In this document: positions 48,338 to 60,129 of the stretch, piece by piece
Position numbering within the stretch: position 1 is the first letter of the stretch
How the letters are laid out: the number at the start of each line of letters is the position of its first letter
NCBI GenBank assembly: GCA_008632985.1
Contig: QPGO01000013.1
Span: forward strand, 372,001-436,000
Length of the DNA stretch: 64,000 bases
Direction: 5' to 3'
Origin: Psammoneis japonica
Lineage: Eukaryota
The notes under the pieces: model-generated
Told to the model about the DNA's origin: nothing
The model's input: the letters and a program-made list of their open reading frames with translations, nothing else
The model's database searches: none
Made by a program: the position numbers and the translations under genes

Positions 48338-50146
48338 GGGGGGGGGACTGATGTGTTCTTGGAAATGCTGCAATTTGATGGCTGGTTTGCCTTGTTGAGC
48401 CACCTTGAGCACCCTCTTTGTGGGGCCACTGTCTGGGTTGATGAAGACATCAATCTTGAGGGGCACAGCCCAAATCCCAAGCCAAGAACACTCTAGAGTC
48501 ATTGCAGGCTGGCACCACACAGCTGTGCTTGCCTTGCTTGGCACGCGCAGATCAAGCCCACCCAAGGCTCAAAGTCAAGTGCTGATGTTGTGGTGGGTGA
48601 GTGCATGAGCACATCATCTCATGAAAGGCCAAAGTGATTGTCTGTGGAGAGTTGGCTCATTTTCATTGCTGTTGCTCTCCAAGCTTGCGGCATCAATTTT
48701 TCAATTTTGTTTTCATTTTCCTTTGTTTGCTCCACCCCACTTGACCCAAGAAACTGGAAAGAGTGTGCACAGAATCACAGGGGTGTCTGTCACTTTTTGA
48801 TGAAATCAGATGAGGAGCCATCCCCTCACCTGCAAAAAGGAAGGACTCATGATGGCAAGTGCACCCACAGCACCTGCTTGAGTTGGCATGCAATGCAATG
48901 CTGTGTGAAATGGTCGGAGGCATCGACACAGCAACCCCATCACCCATCAGAGACATGTGTTGGCTCAACAAAAACAAATGAGTGTGGTGCAGAGGATCAG
49001 GCTCCAAGCTGAAAGCAGAGAGAAAAAGTCTGCTCACCTTGCAAGTTGCAAGCACCACTGTGGAGCTGAAAATGCAGCTGCCTGTGCAAATGGAGAGAGT
49101 CATCTTGCACACNATGAAATCAGATGAGGAGAAGAAGCCCAAGCTGTCTTTGCCTGCAAAGAGCAAGGAGTCAGGATGGCAAATGTCCATGGATTCCCAC
49201 CTGGGTTGGCATGCAATGCAAAGCTGTGTGAGCTGATCGGAGGTGCAAATGCTGCAGGCCCTGTCAGAGGCACATGGCATTGGCCAAAAAACAAGAAAAC
49301 TGCTGTGGACAGCATCCTTGCCAATGGCAAAGGCCATGTGCAGGTTGGAGACATCTGGAGAAGGAAAGAAGGAGCCATGGGCTGAAATCAAGAATGTGGT
49401 CACCCTCACCAGCACATGGCAAGGTTGCAAAAAAGAGCAGCAGCAAAGAGAGCCCTGTGTGTTGGCATGTCCAGAGTTGCTCGACACATCCTTGACTCTA
49501 AAAACTTTGACTGCAAATTGTGCCACATGGCAAGAAAAGAGCAAAGCACATTTGGCCTGTTGTCACCCAGCCAGCAACAAGCAGCCAACCAAAGAGCAAA
49601 ACAAGGGTGTGACTCATCATTCCTCTCACAGACAGCTTGTGAAAGCAACTTGGCAGAGCACATGTGTGATCACTTTGCAGTGAGCCAACATCAATGTTGG
49701 AGCATCCAGACACAAGCAGGAAATGCAAGAGACCCAGAAGTGTGTCTGTTGAAGAGAAGGTGGTGCTTTGGATCCTGACTTGGTGGATTTGGTGACACCT
49801 GGTGAATGAATGTGCATTCATCACTGATCTCACCAACCTTTTTTTAGCTCACGCTTTGCAGCGAATCATCTGGTTTGTACAAACTTACGTTGTGGTGCCA
49901 GTGCACACCCTTTGTTGCCTTCACATTGTGAGAACAAAGTCATTCAGAGCTTCCAGGCAAACCACAGCAGAGCCACCACAGCAACCAAGACAAGCACAAC
50001 AAGCAGCACAGGAAACCTTGGAGGATTTCATTTTGGCGACATTGACCTTTTGGTTCAGCATTCAATCCAAAGAGAGTCAAGAGCACTGCACTCAATGCAC
50101 ATGGCACTGACCTCCATTTTGTCATTCAAAATGGGGAGCCTGCATC

Positions 50147-53100
50147 ATGAGTGGCAGGGGAGGCAGATTTGGCACTGAAGGCCATGGCAGTCACCAAGGC
50201 AGGGGCGGCAGAGGCCAGAAGTCTTGCTGCAACAAGAACAAGAAGACAAACCCCAAGAAGAGCTTCAAGCCAGAAACAAAGTTTTGCCCATCATCCATGA
50301 AATGCAACTCACATGCGGCATTCAAAGATGTCAAGAAAAAGGTCATTGACCACACACAGAAAGAGTGTGGCCAAGGCGTCCATCTGGCAAGGTCCCCAGA
50401 GAACATGGAACACATGGACTTCAATGCAGAGAGTCCCACACTGCAGATGGCAACTGCAGCAGTGCCAGCACTGGCTGATGCTGGCTGCCAGCAAATGGTC
50501 AATGAAAGAGGTTGAGAAGAAAGGCAACTCAAGGTGAGCACAAGACAGTCACAACAAGAAAGTGAGGAAGCTTGAAAACAAACAAGACTGCAGCATTTGC
50601 AGCAATGTCCTGGATGACTTTTGCCCCAAGCAAATGAAGCAAAGAGTGCAGGCACAGCCAACTTGCATGAGTGTCGGGGACGACCCAATTGAGCTGTTGA
50701 AGCTGATCAAATTGCTTGTGTTCAACTCTGTGAGGGGTTGATGCCCATTCCATGCACTTGCCAAGTGCCTGGTGTGCATGCTGGAAGTGAAACAACACAA
50801 GGGCAAGTCACTGAATGACCACCTGTCAAGATTTTAAGAATTGAAAAGATGCCACAAGCAGCAAAGGTCTTGGCATGAAGATGTTGCTGGATGGATTCAT
50901 CATGAATGCCAAGGAGTGCAAGGACTGTGCCAACCCAGCAGATGAGACAGCACTGACAGATGCTGCATTCAAGACATGCTGGACCACACATCTGTTCATG
51001 GAGAACAGGGAATGACAAACCCAAGGACCCACAAGATCAGAGTGTCATGCACAGAGCAGCAAAACAGTGTGCCATTGTTGTGGTGAGTCAAACCACAAAT
51101 CCCCAGACTGCAGATGCAAAGACAAGATCCCACAGAAGGATTGGTTCAAGGAGACTGGCAGGAAGCCAGATGCCAGGGGACACAGTCAAACACAGAGAGA
51201 CAAAGACAACTTGTCAGTGAGTGGCAACCATGTCAGTGTTGACACCTGCAGATCAAGTTGATCAGCGAGTTCTTGAGTTCTGGCAGAAGAAGCGTCACAT
51301 TGCATGAACGGCCCAAAGAGAGACTGGAGACAAGTTTGAGCCAAGCCAATGTTGGCATCAAGTTGGTTGAGATCATCCTTGACAACGTCTCTGCTCTCAC
51401 AACACAGCAGCAAGCCGGAGTCTTGTGCACAATGTGTGACCGGCAAGGGTCAAGATTGACCTGTGTTCATGAATGCAGGAACGGACACTTTGGACAAAGA
51501 CTGCACCATGCCAGGATGGGGTGACATGAATTTTGAATTGTGGAGTGTGACAGCAAATGTCCTGAGCTTGAAGAATGTGAGTTCCATCTGCCAGACAGCT
51601 GTGTTCAAAGTCAATGACATTGGGCTGTGCACATTTGTTCCAAGCCAGTGATTCCTTGACCATGCAAAAGAACTCTAGGAAGATGAGTTGCACACAAGCA
51701 TGCTGTCAAAAGAAAAGAAGGTTGCAAAGAAAACCAACAAGAAGCACAGGAGTGCATTGGGAACTGTTGTTCTGAGTGTGAAACAGTGTGTGAAGGGCTG
51801 CACCAAATGGGAGGTGGCGAGTGCTGAGGATGCACTCAGACTGTGCTGCAAGGCTGGAACACCCAGTGCGAGGGATTTCAAACTGTTTTTGTGGTCCAAT
51901 CAGGTGAAGAACCCACCCATCATCATGTTCCTGAAGATGTGGAAAAGGGATGGAATGGCGGCCATGTGGGGTCCACTGACAGACACACTTGAAGGCAAGA
52001 CCAAGCATGTGCGCCATTCCTGTGCACAAGGAACGACATCATTGCACCACCACCTGAGATCTGCAAGACGAAAAGAGAAGGTGTGACCCAATGCATTGCA
52101 GGCAGCATCACATGTTTGACAAGACAATCAAGCACAGATTGCAGATTGAGTGTGCAACTGTGGTCCAAGAAGCACGGGAACATTTGCAAAACCTTGGACA
52201 TGATTCTCAGACAGTGCAACATGGCATCATTTAAGGGGGGTCATCCCCGCGTTTATCCTAAAATTACCGTTGCATTTGAATAAGGTTTTTTATAGTGTTT
52301 ATTTTTGAATACAAGAATTGTTCATAGTCACACCCGATCGCGCACGAAAACGAGAACCATCAGCACCGCGATCGAAGCACGACGATGATGACAATCATCG
52401 ATGTTTCTCAAAAACGTAGTTTGCCGTCTACCAACTTTTCATGCATGTACAATCTTTGATACACAACAAACATAAAATAAATGAGAGTTGGTAGACGGAC
52501 CACCTTCGTCACAGACTTATGGCTTGTTGTTTTCACCACGGTGAAGCACGGTGAAATTCAGGAAAAATCATGCAAAACACGAGCCATTCGGCCGAATTCG
52601 AGCTAAAAAAAGTAGCAACCGACCACCCTTAAGATTGACTTCATTGAGTGTGATCCAGAGTTCAAGGACATGCTGGTGGAAGTCACGGATGGTGTGAATC
52701 TAGAGCTGGTGTCCACAAATGCCAAGGGTCATGGCATTCCTGAAGTTGAGCAAAGCATCCAAACTGTCAAGGAGCAAACCCACACTGCTGTGCATCACAT
52801 GCCAAACAAGACAGTGCCCAAGTTGGTCTGCAAACAAGCCATGATCAAGAACACTGTCAGGTTGAACAATGTGCACCCACAAAAGGAAGGGATTTCCAAC
52901 ACCAGCAGTTCACACACTGTCATGCAAAAAGAAGAAACCTTGACTGCAACAAACGTTTTCAGCTCAAATTTGGGGAACTTCCCACACTGAGAATGACAAG
53001 ATGAACACTGTGGAAGTGCGTGGTGTGGACAGCATCTGCCTGTGCAACCCTCCTTCCATTCACACAAGGGTGGTCACTGCACGGTGAACCGGCACATGGG

Positions 53101-54640
53101 AAAGACATTGAACCCCGGCAAGTGTGCCTCAGCACCTCTGATGGACACGCACATTGTGGCCATTGAGGACATGGCCAAGGGCCAAGGTGTCAAAGAATTC
53201 AAGTTTGCAGGAAAGTGTGGAGGCAATCTGTGCATTGCTGATTGGACTGCAGGAGTGGACAACAATGAAACTGAGAGGAACAGAGATGACTGCAGTGCAG
53301 CAAACAAAAATGATGATGCATGCTGCACAACTGAGTCAGAGAACAAAGACCATGAAGATGAGCCCAACTCAGACAATCAATGCAAGGAGGCCAATGAGAC
53401 ACTGGCCAATGAAAGGTCCAGTTCTGGCCAACAGCACAAAGCTCAAGAGGAGCAAGAGGTCCAAGAAGACCCAGAAAACAATGACCAAGAGTGAAGAGTC
53501 CAAAACAGACAAAGAACCTCAAACCTCAACAAGGCCCAAGTTAGGAAAGTGAACAAATGAAGGAAGAAGCAAATGCTGTGCCTGGAAGAGTTGCAAGAGC
53601 AGGGACATCCTTCAACGTGACATCACAGAGACATGAAGAAAAGAAAGTTTGCTTTGCAGGAGTGGCAGATGCCAGAAAGATGGCAAAGGAGTGACGCAAG
53701 CTCAAGCACTGCCATCATTTGCATGCCAACATGAGCCTCAATCTGAAAGATGATTTGAAACATGAAGTGGAAACAGCAATGGTGATTGCACACTTGACGT
53801 GTGAGATCAATGACCAACTCTGCAGTGAAGAGGGCATTGTGAGTTTACCCAACAATGTCCACTCCACAAAGGCCTCAAAGCATTCAGCCAGAAGGGGCAT
53901 GAAATGATTGCACAACTGAGTGTGCTTTGCACCAGTGTCAGCAAAGGATGTGACTCTGACTGAGAGGACCAACAGGGTTGGAACAAAATTGTCAGATGAG
54001 AAGGCTCAGACCCTCCACTTGTGGGTGGCCAAGGGACCATTTGTGCCCAAGAGAGGCCAAATGGACACACACATCCCACTGCTGCCACATCATGCACACA
54101 TGCAAGAGCTCCCACCAACAAGGATTGGAGGAAGCCATCAAATGCATGAACCAGATGAGAAACAAAGTTGCTGCATTGAGCACAAAGGACCTCCAAGTTG
54201 TCCTCAAGTGGTGTGCGGACGCATCACATTTGCAGTGCATCCCAATTTCAAGAGCCATGCTGGAGGAGTTGTGACAATGGGCAATGGAGCACAGAAGCTG
54301 AGCTTGTTGGAGTTGATGATGCCACAACCATGATGCTGTGGACGAAGTTGTTTGTGGAACACCAAGGGCATTGTCCAATCAACAAGAGTGCCCCACAACA
54401 GGACAACAAGAGCACCATCCTGCTGGAGACCAGTGGGCACAAGAGTGCCGGCAAGTGGTCACAAGCACTCAACATTTGGCACTTCTTTGTTGCTGATCAG
54501 ATCAAGAGGGGCAACTTGCACACACAGCATTGTCCTGTGGACGACATGCTTGGAGACTTCACAACTGAGCTGTTGCAAGGCAAGAAGTTCTAAAAGTTTA
54601 AACAAGCCATTGTGGGCTGTTAACTCCAAGCAGGACAGGC
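50147..54640 (+). mobile_element. Ty1/Copia (CoDi-like) retrotransposon, hypermutated, RT largely deleted
   Basis: gag GRGGRG...KKVIDHTQKEC; knuckle CHCCGESNHKSPDC; integrase IECDPEF...PEVEQSIQTVKE; RNase H QDNKSTILLE...ALNIWHFFVADQI...HCPVDDMLGDF...LQGKKF. LTRs not resolved. Confidence 0.9.
52235..52628. mobile_element. MITE-like insertion, 394 bp, at a TTAA site
   Basis: TTAA|GGGGGGTC ... GACCACCC|TTAA; removing it restores the Copia frame ASFKIDFIECDPEF; normal TA and CG content. Confidence 0.9.
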
Positions 54641-54699
54641 GTGAAACCTGTTCTTTGTGACATCAGACAAGAACTCGGATCCACGTGGGTGAAAGATCC

Positions 54700-56130
54700 C
54701 TGACAGATGCAACATTCAGTGCAAATGTGAGGTGAGGAGAGCCTCAAGACCCCACATTAATTGCGTGAAGAAACAATGACAATGAAAAAGGGAACCACTC
54801 ATGAAGAGTGTGTGTGACCACCCAAGCACTGCATTGTGTGGGCCAATCAAAGATGGATGGCCTTGTGATTGTTGGCTGTGGTTTCTTGATTTGATGGAGC
54901 CACCAAGATTGGCAATGACCTGAGGCACCAAGTGACCCAAACGAGTGCCTGATCAATCTCCAAGCAGCAGCAACAAGTTTCATTGCAGTGAGGGATGAAC
55001 TCATGAGATGGCTGGTGAGCAACTGGACATTGCCAACCAGCAACTCATTCAAAAGATGGGTGACAGCTGATTTGCATCAACTGATGATCAAAGCAGATGA
55101 GAGGAACAATGTGGCTGGACTGATGCCATGAGATGGCTGATGTTGAGAAACTGCTGCCAGTGTGGTGGGTGGAGCTGTCGAGGCAAAACCATTTTGATGG
55201 GAAGAAATTGCATGAGAGTGCCATGGAGGATTGGACTTGCAGTCAGCTGAGGCACATGACCACTGCCACACCAATGTTCTCCATGCACAATGATGACATC
55301 ATCATGAGTGACATGAAGCCACATGGAATGAATGTGCACCAGACCAGAGAGTGCTGGTGAATGTCGGCCTTGATGCCAAGCTGCGGGGCAAGACATGTTG
55401 CCAAAACTGCAGCAAGAATGACAAGTGTGAGAAGAGTGTGCCAGATCACCAACACATTGCCGGATCACCCCAGAATGGGAGAAATCTTCAACTTGCAATG
55501 GACAGGTGAGACATTCTCACACCAAACAACAAATCAAGAGTCGACTGTCCCACACGTGGCATTGGCAACTGAGGGGCATGTGGTGGCTCACTTGGAATGC
55601 TCAGTTTGAAGGACAACAATGAGAACAGCAAGGTTTGCTCCTGTGGACCAGCTCAAGACAAGAATGGAGACGTCTTCAATGTGTGCCAGTTGGCGCAATT
55701 TTTCGATTGTGACATCAATGAGGCAAGAAAGGTTCCACACAATGTGGGCTTGTCAGAACATGGGGTTCTTTGCAGCAGATCCTGGAGTGGTGTCAATGGT
55801 TGGATCATGGACCAGTTGGGCAGTTCACATGAGAGGAGCTTGGCAGAATGTAGTCACTGCACCTGCATTTGCCAAGTTGTGGAATGTGGGTGTGCACAAG
55901 ACATCGCTGGCGCACTCAACGATGTGCTGGATTTTCTTGCCAACAAAGGGCATTGTGCCAGCTGAAGGTTTGCCAAAGCACAAGATGATGGCGACGACCG
56001 AGTGGATTGGGCCAGCAAGTTTGTTGCAGAGATTCCTAATGGGATTGCTCCAGCACATGAGGAACAAGCATTCCAAACATAAACAACAACATGTTGTTTT
56101 AGTTTCTGACATCATCTTGGGGGTCTCTCG
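54700..56130. repeat. Hypermutated unclassified repeat-derived DNA
   Basis: TpA/CpG-depleted; broken plus-strand reading frames with no family recognised. Confidence 0.55.
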
Positions 56131-56390
56131 CTAGCTCTGAGTGCGGCTTCTGGCAGACATGGCCGTTCTATTGCCCCGTATTTATGGCCTACGAGGATGC
56201 ACAAGTACAGGTAATGTTACTCACTCCTCCGTCCTCCTCGCTCGCGCACTTTACAGTGGGTTCACGTTTCTGCTTTTCGAGTCTCGAGTCTCGGCCTCGG
56301 GCGGGACATGGCGACCTTGTATGTTGTCGTAAACTCTATCACTCTCATCTCGTGCATTCACACCCACTCCAGCTTTTAATGTCATGACCA

Positions 56391-58403
56391 ATGAAAGAAC
56401 AGGGCCACGAGAAAGCGGCTGACGCTGCTATGGAATCTCAAGGTGATGACGACTCTTCGCATGACCAAAGCATCAACGATGCGAATGTTGGCGATCCGGT
56501 ACATGAGAATTGCAGCGAGAACCACGAAGCTGCTTCCATACGAAGCTTTGACAGAGAAGGGTTCAGAAGAAGGACTCGAAACTTATGCTGCACTCATGGA
56601 ATTGAATCGCATTCCATACCTCTGGCCATTGCCTTTGTTGCTTTTGCGTTCACCTTTACTGGCAGTTGGTTGTGCTCATTTTTCGTCGGAGCAACAACGG
56701 GCTTTACAGGAAACAATTATGGCATATGGACGTTAGAAGACATAAACGGGAGTTGCCAGACATGGGACACTCTCTTTTACAACTATACAATCGGGCCATG
56801 GATTGCCACAGGTCGCGTCTTGAGCATGCTTGCCATGGTGCTTGGCTTGTCACTTGTGACGGCAATGTCTCAAGCTCTCAAGTGCCATCTCATTAGCTGG
56901 TCCCTGGGCTTGGGCTTTTTACTCTTCTTCCTTGTGAGCTTTTCAACCTCCCATCGATTCAATACCTTTTCCTTCTTCTTTATATTCCTCTACATGGTTT
57001 TGGTGTTGATTGTAAGATCTCTCTTTATCCATCCCGTGCATCGAGTCATTACCAAGAGAGGTTCAAGAATCATTGGTGCTGCCTTGATTCTCGTGTTCTT
57101 TTCCACAATTTTGACACTGCTGGTGTTAAAGTCAGACTTTTGTCAGTGTGATCACCTAACAAGTGAGCGCTTGGAGGGACGACTGGATCCGAATCAAGAT
57201 CCGTGTACCATTGAATGCAAGTTGGGTCCAGCCGGAGGCATGATGATTTTTGGTGCAGTCTGCTGGTTGTGCGCCGCCGTGGCTGTATTCAAGTATGGTG
57301 TACAGCCACAAGACTTTGAAACCGAAGAATCACCAATCTATGCGGGTTACTCCACCGATTGTATCATGACACGAGCAAAGAACCTTGGAAAGAAGCTGAC
57401 AGGATCACTTCATTTTAGCCAACGTCCGAGAAACGAAACTAGCACTACATGGGATGAATCTATATCTTCTCGAGGATTGTCTAGAGAAAACTCCCGAGAT
57501 AACAGCAGCATTTCAGAAATCGACACCGAGAATAACAACAATGAAGAGGAACACGAAGAGTGTCGTAGAACATGCTGCGAAAAGCTGTGCTGTGATTTCA
57601 GAATCGAGAAGCGCAACAACAAGGCCTTTTGGTGCGTTCGAGTGTTCCTGGGCTTTGTGATTATCATATTTTTCGCAGTCTTTGCTGTCCTAGCTGGTTC
57701 CAAGTATGAAAATGGAGTCGCCGAGCGTACACCCAGCACCTCGCCAAGCTTCATTACCAATGTGACATGCGCATTCAATCCCCTCGACCCAGCCTCCCCC
57801 TTCGTCACGTACCAGACGCCAGAGGCGGCGGCCGCAGACGGAATGGTGGTCGCCCACTGTGGCGCGTGTGCCCATTGTTCCAATATGGATGATATACAGA
57901 CCTATGTGACGACACGCAAGACAATCACCAAGCAAGCGAAAAGTTGCGGCCGCCATGCCGTCATTGGAACGACGTCGGGCTTGGACAAGTGTTTGAGGGA
58001 CCGGATTGGCTTCACCCCGCGGTGTCGAAAATGTTGGTTGGAAAACATGAAGTGCGACGCCAAGAAATGCATCTTCACATGCATGAAGACGCTCTTTACG
58101 GGATTTCTTGCCAGCAACAATGTGCCGGAAAGTGGTGATATCGGAAGACTCAATCGGTGTCTGCAATGTGACGAGCGACGGTGCGGTGCCGCTTTCGTCA
58201 GGTGTTCAGGATCTGCCCGGAGAAGGCTGGGCATTGAAAGTGCCATTGAACGAAACCCCAAAGAAATTTGCCCCTTGGTCAGATTTGAATGGGAAGACTA
58301 TGAGTTCCCATACTCAATGACATCGGGCACCAGCACGGCCGTTGTCTCCTCGCTTTCGCTCCTACTCCTCAACTGCGTCATTATGGCTATAACGTCGCGA
58401 TAG
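56391..58403 (+). CDS. Multi-pass membrane protein: claudin-like N-domain plus C-terminal Cys-rich domain, 670 aa
   Basis: Intact ORF with several TM segments; YGIWT; Cys-rich block VAHCGACAHCSN...CWLENMKCD...CLQCDERRCG...RRRLGIESAIER; hydrophobic tail. Confidence 0.9.
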   Translation: MKEQGHEKAADAAMESQGDDDSSHDQSINDANVGDPVHENCSENHEAASIRSFDREGFRRRTRNLCCTHGIESHSIPLAIAFVAFAFTFTGSWLCSFFVGATTGFTGNNYGIWTLEDINGSCQTWDTLFYNYTIGPWIATGRVLSMLAMVLGLSLVTAMSQALKCHLISWSLGLGFLLFFLVSFSTSHRFNTFSFFFIFLYMVLVLIVRSLFIHPVHRVITKRGSRIIGAALILVFFSTILTLLVLKSDFCQCDHLTSERLEGRLDPNQDPCTIECKLGPAGGMMIFGAVCWLCAAVAVFKYGVQPQDFETEESPIYAGYSTDCIMTRAKNLGKKLTGSLHFSQRPRNETSTTWDESISSRGLSRENSRDNSSISEIDTENNNNEEEHEECRRTCCEKLCCDFRIEKRNNKAFWCVRVFLGFVIIIFFAVFAVLAGSKYENGVAERTPSTSPSFITNVTCAFNPLDPASPFVTYQTPEAAAADGMVVAHCGACAHCSNMDDIQTYVTTRKTITKQAKSCGRHAVIGTTSGLDKCLRDRIGFTPRCRKCWLENMKCDAKKCIFTCMKTLFTGFLASNNVPESGDIGRLNRCLQCDERRCGAAFVRCSGSARRRLGIESAIERNPKEICPLVRFEWEDYEFPYSMTSGTSTAVVSSLSLLLLNCVIMAITSR

Positions 58404-59549
58404 CGCAAATTATCTGCCCTGCTACTTGGTCACGCCGATCCAAGTAGGCAATTAGACATGTACATATTTGAGTTTTAATCTACAATATAAAATATTCGAA
58501 AACATTCTCTAGAGAGTAGGTACTCTCTACTAGAGGTAGAGAGAGTTATGCAGTACGTACTATCGCTACGGTAAGACGACACCACAATGTCAAGAAATGT
58601 TGGTCGAGCAAAAAGCATGCTGGACCCGCCAGAAGAAGGCGAGAATCAATCAAGAGCCAGTCGACAGGGAAGCCACGAACAGATGTGTACGGAATTGCAA
58701 ACCTTTCATAAGGACCGTCACAGTGTGTCGCCTGGTTTTGAGCTTCCAAAAAGGTGACAGACAAGCGGATCTCCCCAATGCACATGCATCATGGAAAGTG
58801 CAGGCCAAGGCTCAGCGTGCCATTGCACAGCATCAACTTAGAGCAAGGATGGCGTCTGAATGGGTGTGTTATGATCAAAGCCTCGACTTGAACAAGAACA
58901 CAGCCAAGAAGAATGGGATGAGATGGAGGCACAAATCACAGCAATTGGCCACAAAGTGCCAGTGGTCCTTGTTGCCATGTCTCAAGATGGCACAATGCTT
59001 GAGGGTCTTCCGGGTGCAGAAGAATCCAAACTGTCAATTTGATGCAGATGTTTTGAGCACTGTGGCTTGAAACATGCATCATTCCACACACTGTGTGTGT
59101 TTGTCAGCAGCCAGCTGCACGGCACAAGTGCACTCTCTTCTTGTGCAAGTTTTTCATTTGTCATTGGATGTCTTGTTCTTCCTGCCTGACAGGCAGCTGC
59201 AGATTTGTGCAGCATTTCATCCACACTCAGCACATGCATTTCTTGTGTCTGCCCTTGCCATGTGCCGACAAATTGCACAAAGAGATTGTCCTTGAACAAA
59301 TGGCAGTGCGAAGTTGCCCCCAATGATTTCCGCCTTGGTTTCATGCACTTGTGGTTTCTGGCATCCAAACAATCATGTCTTTGCAGGGCACAAGGTGTCA
59401 TTGTTGGTGGTGCTTGGTGTTCTTGAGTGTGCTTGCTTGATGCACCTTCCTCCAAGGACTGCGCAAGCACTGCAACAAGATTGACACTGTGCCCCCTCTG
59501 CGTGACCTTCTTGTTTCTGCATTGGAGACATGGCTTCATGGTGAAATGA

Positions 59550-60060
59550 TGCATGTTGCAGAAGTGCCGCCAATGTTCTGCTCATTGTGGCAGGCTCAGA
59601 ACAACATTGGATGGAAACAGATCTTCAATGGCCAATTCTCCTCACCATGGAACAATTTCTAAGAAATGCACTTGTGCAAATCAGGTTTGCCAGAGCAACG
59701 CCGCAAAGACAACCGCCCACCCCCTGTGTGGGCCATTCAGATGGGGTCACACATGTGGAGGTCATGGTGGGAACTGTGGGAATGACACAACAAACATGTT
59801 CATGGACACGACGTAGATTCACAGAAATCTGCACAAAGAAGACAGGCAGAGGCTGAACTGACAGCATTTACAACAAGAAACAAGGCTGTCTTGTGAAGGA
59901 CAGAGCAGACCTCATGGAGTCATTGGAGGATCACATGGCACATGGTGCCTCGCAGATTGTGAATTGGGTGGCAATGATTGAGCCCCACCTCAAAGCCAGC
60001 ATCAAAGAAGCAAGGCATCTGGTGCTTCGCAGCACACGTTCCATTGTCAGTTGTTTTGGA
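59550..60060 (+). mobile_element. Non-LTR retrotransposon (LINE-like) ORF2 3' remnant
   Basis: AQNNIGWKQIFNGQFS and WWELWE*HNKHVHG resemble the Q..IGW..G and W..RN...H motifs of LINE ORF2 C-termini. Confidence 0.6.
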
Positions 60061-60129
60061 AGCCTGGCCAGTCCTTGCACCTCTTCTGCCACACTGGTTC
60101 AGTGCATTGGAAGTGTGGGTTAGCCAGTG

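Noticed and set aside
31330..56130. Classical fungal RIP or plain CpG methylation decay as the full explanation
   Set aside because: RIP produces TpA and depletes CpA, the opposite of what is seen. CpG decay cannot remove TpA or turn Tyr into His/Cys.
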